In this document: positions 11,001-21,326 of the stretch, piece by piece
How the letters are laid out: every line of letters begins with the position of its first letter
Position numbering within the stretch: position 1 is the first letter of the stretch
Virus record (IMG/VR): IMGVR_UViG_3300031853_000015
Location: 1 to 64,000 of that record
Direction: 5' to 3' (one strand)
DNA length: 64,000 bases
Source: a virus
Lineage: Duplodnaviria > Caudoviricetes
Position numbers and translations under genes: made by a program
Notes under the pieces: model-generated
What the model was told of the DNA's origin: nothing
Databases searched by the model: none
Seen by the model: only the letters and a program-made list of their open reading frames with translations

Positions 11001-14000
11001 TTATATTATACGCAGAACCATTAGGAATACCATTAAATCCAGTTAAATTACATCCCTTAGCATAAAGAGTATTTAAAGAAGTCATTCCTTGTAACATACT
11101 ATCCAGCATAGCATTGAAATCATTTCCAAGGTGTCCTCTTACATTAAGGGTCTGAAGGTTTTGAAGAACAGATTCTTTATTATTAGTACTGAAGGTTACA
11201 TTGACATTTGAAGCCATTATACCTGCAGCCATAAGTTCCTCAGGAACTCCCATATTAAGAGTCTTTAAATTGGCTCCAGTAGCAGCAGAATAGCATCCAC
11301 TTAAATTAAAAGTCTATAGAGAATAAGCTAAAGCTGATACATCAAGGTCTGAAATAGCAGAAGCTCCTTTAATATGTACAGGAGACTTTTGAGAAAGGTT
11401 TAATCCCTCTAAATCAAAACTTCCTTCTATACCACTCTTAAACTCACCAAACTTAATCATTGCATCAAAGTCTGTAAGGTATAATCCAGAGTAAGTATCT
11501 GTAGCAGTCTTAATCTTTATAGTATGATTATTAGGAATTGTTGCAGAAGGATAATTAGCAGCCATATAGATATAACTTTCCATAAAGTCGCCTATCTGCC
11601 ATTTAGCATCCCAATAATCCATAGATAAACTTGCCCACCAATGTCTATGTGTGGTTCTAGCACCCTAAAGCCATGCATATACATCAGAAGCTTCTATATA
11701 TTTATAGTGTCCACTATAGTTATATAGTCTCTCACACCATTTATCTTGGTATTCTTCATCAAGGTACTTTAATACATTGGCATAAGTAAATCCAGCTTTA
11801 TAAAGAGCAGTGGCTACTGCAGGTACTATATAATCGATCCAACCTTTTTGAGTGACTACCTCAAGTTCATAGGTCATTGTAGTGACTTCTCCTGTATCAG
11901 GGTCAGTTATTTCCTTAGTAACTTCCTGAATTTCTTTTGTGGAAGTCCATGCTTCAAGAGCATCAAATAACCAATTTGAAGTAGTAGAACTTCTACCTGA
12001 TAATGCATAATCTCCTCCTACACCATCTCTGGTATTTCTATCTATAGGAGGATTAAATGCTATACCACCAGTATTTCTATTACCTAAAGCAATATCTATA
12101 TCCCAAGGTTCATAATGCCAGTGCTGACCATCATAAGTCTTTAACTGAGCATTTCTTTCAAGGGAGTCAGCTAAACCTAATCTTAACACATCGATGTAGT
12201 ATGCTGCTAATTTATAGAGGTCAAGATGGTTAGAAGCTTCATCTCTGAATTTTTTATAAGGGTCTGCAATATTTGCTGGATCATCAAAGTATTTTTTGGT
12301 TGAAAGTAACCATGCATAAAAAGATTCAAATTTAGTTGCTATTTCATCAAACTCTCCATCTTTAAGGTCTTCTTTAGCAGGATAGATTAATTCAAAATCA
12401 TTCTCCCATCCTCTAAAAGTCTCACCATCTCTTTGGAAAGTTTCATTATATTTTACATTTCTTGTTTCAGTTTGGCTAATAGTAATAGGCTCACTTTCTG
12501 CTCTATAATCTGCAAAAGGAGTATTAACAGTTACTACCTCAAGCCTAATTACATCCTTATTATCCCATATTCTCTCACCTTGTTTCTTACTGGATTCAAG
12601 AAATCTGAAAGGGTCTTTAGGAATATTATAGATACTTCTTTCACCATATATATAATCAGATTTTTTATCATCCATAAATACATATTGGCCTAAGAAATGC
12701 ATTCCAAGATCATCTTTATAGAATACTACACAAGGGAAGGAATCAGGAGCTATTCTAATAGTATAAGGGAAGGCAGTTTGAATATAATCCTACCACATAT
12801 CACCATCATTCCATTCTTTAGTAGTATCATTAATTAAGGATTTCTGATTTGAAGTAAATAATTGAGGAGGTGTTCTTAACTTATATTCAGGCTTAGCATC
12901 AGTGCCAAAGTTAGCATTATACCAAGTATCTTGAATAAGTCTTTCAATACCACCATTATGTACTCCTGAAGAGTCTGCATAGTTAGCTTGAAGAACCCAT
13001 TTCTTAGCAGGAATAGCACCATCTTTAAAAACATATCTTCCTTTATAAGCTTTATTATCAGAAGTCATCATATCTTCAGAATCTGTAAGATACAATTCTC
13101 CTTGTAAAGTCTCCTATGTAAGAGTATCAATAAATTCAGAATCAGACCATATCTTAAAAGAAGGTACAGGATAATTCAATGTAGATTGTCCATGCTTTCT
13201 AAGTCTACAATTCTTAATTATCATATTCTTTGAGGGGTCTCTTCTACATATTCTCTATAAGGTTACTCCTATCTAGGTTTCCTTTCCTATACCTGAACCT
13301 ATTAGGGCTTTTACATTACCTGATAATATAACTACATCAATTCTGTCTGCTACAGAGTCTATATCAATAGTATTGGTACTTGAAGAAAGAATATCATTCT
13401 TTTGTATCAATGCAGCTTTATTATCACTATCAAAGATGAAGTTATTATAAGCCTGTTCATATGTGATATACCTCTGATAAGCTCTTATGGAGTATATAGA
13501 TATAGCAGATTTAGCATCAGCTTTACCTATGGTAATTCCTGTATTATTAGTAGTAGAGATTGAATAAGTGGCAGCTCTTTCAAGAATACCATTTGTTACA
13601 ATAAATACTAATCCATGTTCAGGGTCATCATCAGATTGGCTAGTTTTAGCTCTATTGAAAATAAAGCATACTTTTAATCTTTCATTTTCCTTGAAATTAG
13701 TAGTTACAATCTTACTATTACCTTCTGCAAAGTATGCAGAATTAGGAGTGATACCAATATGACTGCCATTAGGATTGCCAATAGTTACTATTTCCTATGA
13801 GGCATCTTCAACTTGAGAAGTTTTAAAGTCTATTTCAAAAGCAGCACCATTAGCAGGAATATTAGTATTAAACAAAGGATAATTAATACTTGCAATAGTT
13901 TTTGCAGGAAGTACTAAAGCTCCATCATTCCATCCAGAATAAGAGTCCCAAGTTAAATTTGTAAAGGTAGTTTCATATCTTCCATATGCCCAAGTATGAT

Positions 14001-15414
14001 CATTATTGGCTTTACCTATAGTATTAAGTTTCAGACTATAACTAGGAGCCTCTTCAACTTTATAAGCAGACTTGGTTATAATTATACTATAAGAAGCTAC
14101 CTCTGAATCTTTAACATATGCCTTTAACTGATATTGCCCAGTAGTGGTAGAATATCCATCAGGAATAAACTCAAGGGTATATATATTATGCCTTGAAGTA
14201 TTCTGTTCATTGATGATTGTATAGGTGTCATCTAAGGCATCATATAATTTCCATTGGACTACAGTAGCACTGGCACTTGTTGAAGCATAGCAATAGGGAA
14301 GATTAAATTTCTCATACTGAGTAGCATAAAGAATAATTTCATTTCTACTATCTTCTTTAGGTTGAGAAGTACTTATACAAACCTCCTTACTACCTGTGTT
14401 ATTAAGTACATATACATTTTGATAAATAACATTACTATAGAAAATATTACCATCAATAACTACATATACATAAGTTTCAATAAGATGCTTACCTATGCTT
14501 AATGGAGAACCATCATTGAATGTACTTGGGTCTATACTATAATTTGCATTACCTCTATCATTCTAAGGTCTGATACTGTTAGTATCTGTGATAGTTAGTT
14601 CCTTCTGTGTATTAGTATCATATACTCGAATAACCCAATTCTTCTGTATGCCTACAGGAGCTGTATAATCTATACTGATAGTATAATCACTATATACATT
14701 ACCATTATCATCATCAGAAGCACCATTTTGGAAAGCAGTTTTATTAGTAATTTGAAGGTCAATCATTTCTATAAAATAGGCTACAGAATATGTAAACTAT
14801 GATACTTGACCATAAAAGTCCATAGTTACTTTGTTATTACCTACAGTAAGATAACTTGAAAGATCTTCCTCTACTTCTTTCTAACTCTGAGTATAACTTC
14901 TTACAAAAGAACTTTGCTTACCATCACTATCTACAATAGTATAAGTTACAATCAGGTTATCTGCAAATAGAGCCCCATCTCTTGATAATTCCCATTTATA
15001 ATATACTTTTGAATTATCATCATTTACACCATATCTTGAGTATTTAGTTACTCCTCCTTGAAATAAATCATTATTTACATCCTTTAAGGATAATTCATAT
15101 GGAGAGGGTACATCAATGCTGAATAATTCAAGATTTTCATATTGCTTCTTCAGATCTTCATCTGTAATTTCCTCACGCATAAGCCATAATTTATAGGCAT
15201 CTTCACTACTAAAGAACCTAAATAATTTATTGGCTTCATCTTTGTGTCTATATAAAGGAGTTTTAAGTTTATTCATCAGAAGTTCTCTTATGCTACTTCC
15301 TGATAAAGGCAATCCTGATGTTACCTCCTCTTTAGTAATAGAGTTAACACCAGTTAACCAATTTACAAACTCATTGACACTACCTGTGTAAAGTTGTTGT
15401 TGCTTTTTTGCCAT
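8002..15414 (-). CDS. giant tail/fibre-type protein, ~2470 aa, TAG=Gln, with CotH-like motif and LRR-like segments
   Basis: Eight track fragments (14881, 14563, 12790, 11665, 11314, 10624, 10174, 8002) are in one frame. The ones I checked end at TAG, and the last ends TAA. Start MAKKQQQLYTG. Confidence 0.75.
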
Positions 15415-15415
15415 A

Positions 15416-15604
15416 TTAATTTATATTATCAACCCAAGCCTAATCATCGGTCCAAGGAAATTCATCCATCCAATAACCATTAGCAAAACAGGACTATGTT
15501 TCTGTTAAGAGTTCCCATACTAGACGGGAACCCTTATGTACAGCAGTAATATAATTGTCCTTCTTATGAATGGAGGTTATTGCTTTTCCATCTTTATATA
15601 TCAT
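15416..15604 (-). CDS. small conserved tail-region protein (62 aa, 2 TAG)
   Basis: Manual translation: MIYKDGKAITSIHKKDNYITAVHKGSRLVWELLTET(Q)SCFANGYWMDEFPWTDD(Q)AWVDNIN-TAA. It fills the gap exactly. Confidence 0.75.
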
Positions 15605-15609
15605 AATAT

Positions 15610-17514
15610 TTAAGTATTAGCCCAAGGACCAAAATTATTAGTTTTAGCCCAATTTACAAATGTTACAATATCTGCAGCATTCACAGATTCTGTTCCTACT
15701 GTAATAATAGTTGCAGGATTTTTGATGGTTACTTTAGGAGTATCTACTACATTCTCTTTAGTTCCTATTAATTCTACATAAGGAGCCTCAAGTTTAATAG
15801 TATTACCACCTTCAATATTTATATTTCTAGCTCCATCTTCAAGACCTTCAAGTACTACATATCCAGCAGCAGTGTATTGTATATTCTAAACAGACACTGA
15901 AGTTCCTGTACCTCCTGAAGTGTCAGTAGCAGGACATTCATAAGCAACTGTAAGTGCTGCATCTATCTCTGCTTTTGTTGTAGGCATTGTAAGAGTCAGA
16001 GTATAAATACTTATATCTGAAGCATCATTAAATGTTACTACTTCAGCAGGTACTTTGGATTTCTTTTTACATTCCCAAGTATAAAGCTGGGTCTCTTCAT
16101 CATATACAAGATAGATGTATTTTCTGTCTGCAATAGCTACATTATTTCTTGAAATAACAGCTTTATTTTTATCCTTATATTCTGCAGGTTCAATTACAGA
16201 AGCAGCCTGTGGATTAATAACTTCAGCTACTTGAAGGTATCTTGTGCCAATAAGGTCATTAAGATGCTTTACAGCATCATGTTTCTTTTCATTAAGAGCA
16301 GATTCAAGTTCTCCTGGTGTAAGAGGTACAGTTACTGTAACTCCATTGGCATTAGCTGCAGGAGAATGTACTCTCTCTGAAGAATTAAGAGTAATGCTAT
16401 CAAAGCTTAAACTGCCTATTGCAGAGGAACTCAACTGATTTAAAGTAAAGTAAGGAGTTACATCACTTTCCTAAAGTTCAAATATCTTAGTATCAATTTT
16501 AGCAAGCTCTTTTTCAGTAGCAGGTCTCCAATAAAATTTAGTAAACAGAGTTTCTATTTGGAAATTACCTTTCTTTGAAATACCTGTTTTAATACCAAGG
16601 TCTCCATTGAAAGTATAAGCAGTTTTAATAATATCCTGCCAAGTAGCCTGTTCATCTCCTATTTTAGTTTGATTCTCAATGTGGAAAGCTTCCTCTATAG
16701 TATCATAGAAATCATCAGCAGCCTTTACATAAGCCAGTTTCTGAGTATTATCATAAGTTTTACCAGATACCATTTTATTTGAGGCTACTGGAGTTCTTGT
16801 AGCCATCTTTACAAGGCCATGTTTATTAAATCTATATTCTCCTGTATAAAGAGAAGCTTTATCTGTATTAAAAGTACCAAACTCTAACCCATTTCCACCA
16901 CCATGCTCAAACTTGATTTTATTCATATTACCACTCTTATCTGAACCAAATGGCTATAGAGCAATTCCACCATGAGCATTACATCTAATATCCCATGCTC
17001 TGGCTTTCATAGTAACATAGGACCAATATTCCTGTCCTGCAATTTCAGCTTTATTCTTAGTTGCATTAGCAAGGAAGTTTACATCCATATACTCATTATC
17101 AGAGAGATTTACTGGATCATTACTCTATATAGTAAGTTCCCTTAATTCAAGTTTAGCATGAATAGGTACATCATTACCATCATGAAAGTTAAGTTTTAAT
17201 TCCTATTGAGCAGCTTGTTTTGCAGCAGGGTCAGTTTCTGAAGCACCTCTGTGAGAAGAGATAAAAGAAACATCATCTCCTGGTTTTAATTGAATATCAT
17301 CTTCAGCTTCAATGTTAATTTTTCCTCCCTTACCATTTGCACTCTTAGCTGGAGAGCTGAGAGTTACATTAGGTTTAGTATTCACTTCAAGAATAGAATT
17401 TACACCTGAAGGAAGAGCTGCAGCTGAAGCATTTTCATCTGCTATTGTAAGGTTATATAAAGTAGATGTTCCTGTATTAGGATTAGTTACTCTTATTTGT
17501 TTAATTGTATTCAT
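15610..17514 (-). CDS. crAss-like tail protein, ~634 aa, TAG=Gln
   Basis: Fragments 17203-17514, 16471-16926 and 15886-16434 are in frame. Contains HGGIAL(Q)P...MNKIKFEHGGG.GLEFGTFN, recalled from crAss-like tail genes. Ends TAA 15610. Confidence 0.75.
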
Positions 17515-17529
17515 ATATTTGTATTATTT

Positions 17530-18207
17530 TTAAGATTCAATTTCTTCTGCTGTCCATGTTGCATCTGAAGGATTGAGATTATTAATAGTAATAGTTATAT
17601 TACCTCCTGCATATCCTATAGTATTTGCACTGGTGCTTATATTCATAGATATTTCTGATGCACCACTTTGAGTCAGACTTACTGTCACTCCTCCTATAGT
17701 AAAGGAAATTGTTTTTGCAGAAGTATCTGTATTAGCAGTTACTTCAATTACTACCAATACTTTATAAGCACCTGTTTTACCAAACTCTCCTAAAGTAGTA
17801 TAAGGAGATGCAGAAGTAATTTGTCCCTATACTGTATAGCCTGCAAAGGTAGTAGTATCTGTGGAGAGACTACAATTATTTAAGTTATCTACTGCAAGGG
17901 AAGCAGCATTACTTCTAAATACTATTCCTATCTTACCTCCATCAATAGGAATTATCAGATTATTAACCAATTGATTAGGATTGGATTCTAATAAATATCC
18001 ATAAATTGTATTAATATTCTAACCTTGCTGAGTGACAGCTATAGTATGTTCTTTATCTTGATATCCAGTTTTACTTCCTGTAACTTTTATAGAACTGGAT
18101 CTTGCTTCTCTTCCTTCCCAAGCATCTGCAGTTACTTTTATAGTACCATCGCCTGTACCATTTACTGGAGAACCTATGGAATTGTTATTCAATTTTAAAA
18201 ATTTCAT
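17530..18207 (-). CDS. BACON/Ig-like domain protein, ~225 aa, TAG=Gln
   Basis: Fragments 18019-18207 and 17530-17757 are in frame. Thr/Ser-rich beta strands (VTANT...AKTISFT, IAVTQ). Confidence 0.7.
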
Positions 18208-18218
18208 ATTACTTATCT

Positions 18219-19442
18219 TTATTGTGCTGTATTAACTGTTACATAAATAGAAGTCATCCTTATGCCATGATCTAATACATCTATTAATGTAAGATTGTTA
18301 TAATCTACCTCACTGTCTTTCACTGCATATATTTCATGGAATAACTCAGCAGGCATTTGTGCAGAAACTCCTTCAATATAATGCTCAATATAATTAGACA
18401 TTATAGTAGGACGGCTAATATTAAGGGTTTCTCCATCATGCTCATTTCTATATATAACATAACTATATCCAGTAGGTAGTGCACCATAACCTTGAACATC
18501 AGTTATTTTTGAATCAATTCTATCTATACCTGAAGTTAAAGTAACTGCTGTATTTCCATTATCTACATTAATATCATCTTGCAGAACACCATTTATGTAA
18601 GTCCTTATATTAGCAGTTATAGAAGAGTTATCTGATATATTCTAAATACGATCTGTATCAGTCATATCTTTTTCTGCTTGACTTACATTTATAGTAATGG
18701 TCTTATTAGTGCCTGTCTGAGTAAGTACTATAGTACCACTTCTTACAGTAGTTGTAGTAGTATTAGCTTCTCTATTAATAGTAACTGTATTATTTGATAT
18801 ATTTACACTCACCCAAGAAGGTTTACTTGTACAAGTATATTCTATAGAAGAATTATCATCTGTATATTTGGATATAATACCTGTAATAGTATCAGTTCCT
18901 GCAGTATTACTATATGTAGCTATAGTCTGTGAAGTACTATTATCACTTAAAGTAAAAATTGAAGTTCTTGCTACAGCAGCTTGAGTTACAGTAATTTGAA
19001 TAGTATTATTACTATCTTGCTGTGTTAATGTTATAGTACCTGTTCTGGTAGAAGTGTTAGAATTAGCTTCTACTGTAATACTGATACCTACCATATTATT
19101 ATTAGTATCCAGTACTTCACTACAAGTAATCCAGGATTCCTGACAATTTATAGAAAAATCCTATATATTACCATTCTTTGTAGAAGTAATATTAATTACT
19201 TGATTTAAACCAATATCTTGTACTTCAATTACTTTCTAAGTAAGTCCTTCACTTGTTTGAAATACATAAGCTGAAGCTGCCTGAATTATACTTATATTCT
19301 GCACAACACTTGTAAATCCTGTTTTTGAAGCAGTAATCCTTATATTATGTGTCTTTTGGACAGCAGCATCATTAGTAGGAATTGTTACTATAAATTGCCC
19401 AGCCCCACTTCCTGAGGCTGGATTAACTGTTAAAATCTTCAT
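18219..19442 (-). CDS. multi-BACON domain protein, ~407 aa, TAG=Gln
   Basis: Fragments 19236-19442, 18642-19094 and 18219-18401 are in frame. Repeated BACON signature (SWV..., ANxxTxxRxGTITLTQ, IxVTQ). Confidence 0.75.
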
Positions 19443-19444
19443 AT

Positions 19445-20464
19445 TTATTCAAGTTCTTCTGCAGACCATGATACTTCATCATCATTATCTGTATTTATAT
19501 TTATTGTTTGAACATTTCCCATTGCATTGAGAATTATAGAATTAATGGATGTTTCAAAGGTATAATCCCCTGAAGATAATTCTATAATAAGAACATCATT
19601 TTCATCTACAATACCATCGATGTTAAGTATTCCATCATCATCTACTACACCAATTAAATCAAGGATATAATCCTCATCCTAAGGCTCAGGTTCAGGTTCA
19701 GGCTCTGGAGTAGGTGTAGGTGTAGGTGTAGGTTCTGGTTCTGGTTTTTCCTCTTCATCTTCATAAGTAAAATAAATAGTATCCTCATCCTTTTCTTCAA
19801 GGGCTTCATACTCAGATTCTGTAAGAAATTCATGATGTATTCCATCTACTATTATAGAAGAACCATCTGTTCCATCTTTACCATCTTTACCACTTACTTT
19901 AAATTCAGTTTTAACTCCATTTATAACCCAATAACCATCATCACTGATAGCTATAGCAGTATTTCCTGTAGATATGATAGTGGCTCCATCTTTTCCGTCT
20001 TTTCCATCTTTTCCAGGGTCTCCTTTATCACCCTTATCTCCTTTATCTCCTTTATCTCCTTTAGGACCTGATGCAGTAAATTCTGTTTTTACTCCACCAA
20101 TTACCCAGTAGCCATCATCACTAATAGTAATCTCCTTACCTTCAGTACTAATTATAGTAGCCCCATCTTTTCCATCTTTTCCTTTAAGAGCTTCTAACTA
20201 CTCTGGAGTAAAATCATAATAAGTAAATGGATCTCCTTTATCTCCTTTATCTCCCTATGGTCCTTGAAGATCCATAGTGTCAATTATGGCTGTAATAAGA
20301 GTATTGAGGGTGGATAAATACACTCTATAGTTTACACCATTTCTGACTATAGTAAAGAAATCTCCTTCCTAAAGATTTGAGACTTCTTTAAACTATGAAT
20401 CTTTCTTAGAGTGTTGTTTAAGATATTCCTCAATTTTCTTATAGTCTTCTTGTGTGAAAAACAT
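19445..20464 (-). CDS. collagen-repeat / Pro-linker fibre-like protein, ~339 aa, TAG=Gln
   Basis: Starts MFFTQEDYKKIEEYLK. Contains GP(Q)GDKGDKGDPFTYYDFTPE(Q)LEALKGKDG, two GKDGKDGATII...DDGYWVI.GVKTEF units and a PEPEPTPTPTPTPEPEPEPEP linker. Ends TAA. Confidence 0.8.
19680..19750 (-). repeat. hexamer tandem repeats encoding a PE/PT linker
   Basis: ggttca/ggtgta/ggttct hexamers on + correspond to EPEPTPTPTPTPEPEPEP on -. Confidence 0.85.
19895..20185 (-). repeat. two imperfect coding repeats separated by GDK collagen triplets
   Basis: GKDGKDGATIISTEGKEITISDDGYWVIGGVKTEF and GKDGKDGATIISTGNTAIAISDDGYWVINGVKTEF. Confidence 0.8.
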
Positions 20465-20501
20465 ATATGTTATCTTTAATTATTTTACTATAGTTTAACG
20501 A

Positions 20502-20535
20502 TGCAAAGATACAACAATTATTTTAAATCCCCAAG
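20502..20535 (-). promoter_or_regulatory. Bacteroidota sigma-A type promoter for the tail/fibre operon
   Basis: Minus strand CTTG (20535-20532)-N20-TATCTTTG (20511-20504)CA; matches the TTTG-N19-21-TAnnTTTG consensus. Confidence 0.8.
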
Positions 20536-20580
20536 AAAATAATGAAAAAATTAATTATATGATATAAAGTTAGTAACTGA

Positions 20581-20614
20581 TTTGTAGGTATAAAATATTT
20601 ACTTTATCTTTGCA
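20581..20614 (+). promoter_or_regulatory. Bacteroidota sigma-A type promoter
   Basis: TTTG (20581-84)-N20-TATCTTTG (20605-12)CA, about 20 nt before ATG 20635. Confidence 0.85.
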
Positions 20615-20634
20615 GGAATGATAAAAATAATCAT

Positions 20635-20838
20635 ATGAAAATATTTAATTTAACTGAAAAAGAAGAAGAGGCTGCTGAAAAATTTATGGAGAAACACAGA
20701 CATAAAGATGTTTTCAAAGGAGCTATAGGAGGGCATTTAAGTTATAGATTCACCCTTACTTCCATAGGTACATGTGTTTCTGTGAGCTGCAGTATATGTG
20801 AGAAAACTAAAAATATTACTGATTATAGTAAATGGTAA
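20635..20838 (+). CDS. small protein (67 aa) with GAIGG motif and CxxC, no TAG
   Basis: ORF flanked by its own promoter and terminator; GAIGGHLSYRFTLTSIG...CSIC. Confidence 0.8.
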   Translation: MKIFNLTEKEEEAAEKFMEKHRHKDVFKGAIGGHLSYRFTLTSIGTCVSVSCSICEKTKNITDYSKW

Positions 20839-20840
20839 AT

Positions 20841-20869
20841 AAAAAAGGTGGTAGAAATACCACCTTTTT
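20841..20869. terminator. bidirectional intrinsic terminator
   Basis: AAAAAAGGTGGTA-GAAA-TACCACCTTTTT. Confidence 0.9.
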
Positions 20870-20907
20870 AAATATAATCTTTGAAAGTTTAACTAATTTA
20901 ATTATGA

Positions 20908-21135
20908 TTACTTAAAGTTTCTAAATTCCATCATATTACTAAGCATATTTGCTAGTACATTTCTACCAAAATCATCTTCATTTTCCTGATTAGCTCTGGA
21001 GATGTAATGATTTATTACTGTAATAATCTGTTTAAGAAGTATATTATTTTCTTTAAGCAGTTTATTGTTCTAATGTGTTTTATCTTTGATGTATTCAATT
21101 GTATCAAAGATATAATCTTCTTCTCTTTTTGTCAT
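20908..21135 (-). CDS. hypothetical protein (75 aa, 1 TAG)
   Basis: Translated codon by codon: MTKREEDYIFDTIEYIKDKTH(Q)NNKLLKENNILLKQIITVINHYISRANQENEDDFGRNVLANMLSNMMEFRNFK-TAA. Confidence 0.65.
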
Positions 21136-21258
21136 AAAAATCAAAATTTAATATGCAAATAATAACTTTCAAATGACCAAATATTTTAAGTTAAATATTG
21201 TTAATGCTTCAATATTTAAATCAATTTATTATCAAAGTAACACTTTTATTGTTAAACT

Positions 21259-21292
21259 CTTGATAATATAAAATAAAACAGTTACCTTTGCA
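21259..21292 (+). promoter_or_regulatory. Bacteroidota sigma-A type promoter of the RNA polymerase gene
   Basis: CTTG (21259-62)-N20-TACCTTTG (21283-90)CA. It overlaps the track's TTG start, so the real start is more likely ATG 21327. Confidence 0.8.
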
Positions 21293-21326
21293 CAATCAAA
21301 ATAATAATAGTAAAAAAACAAGAAAT

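Noticed and set aside
19680-20260. Short tandem repeats resembling a CRISPR array or contingency locus
   Set aside because: Periods are multiples of 3 and encode PE/PT linkers and GDK collagen triplets; there is no repeat-spacer structure.
5577-20464. Diversity-generating retroelement or invertible tail-fibre cassette
   Set aside because: No template/variable repeat pair differing at adenines, reverse transcriptase, recombinase or flanking inverted repeats was seen in the window.
21150-21190. Minus-strand promoter for gene 20908-21135 (TATTATTTGCA)
   Set aside because: It deviates from TAnnTTTG and lacks the -33 TTG at 20-nt spacing seen in the six accepted promoters.
21288-21326. TTG start for the RNAP gene given by the ORF track
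   Set aside because: The TTG lies within the promoter's -7 element (TACCTTTG); ATG 21327 is more plausible.
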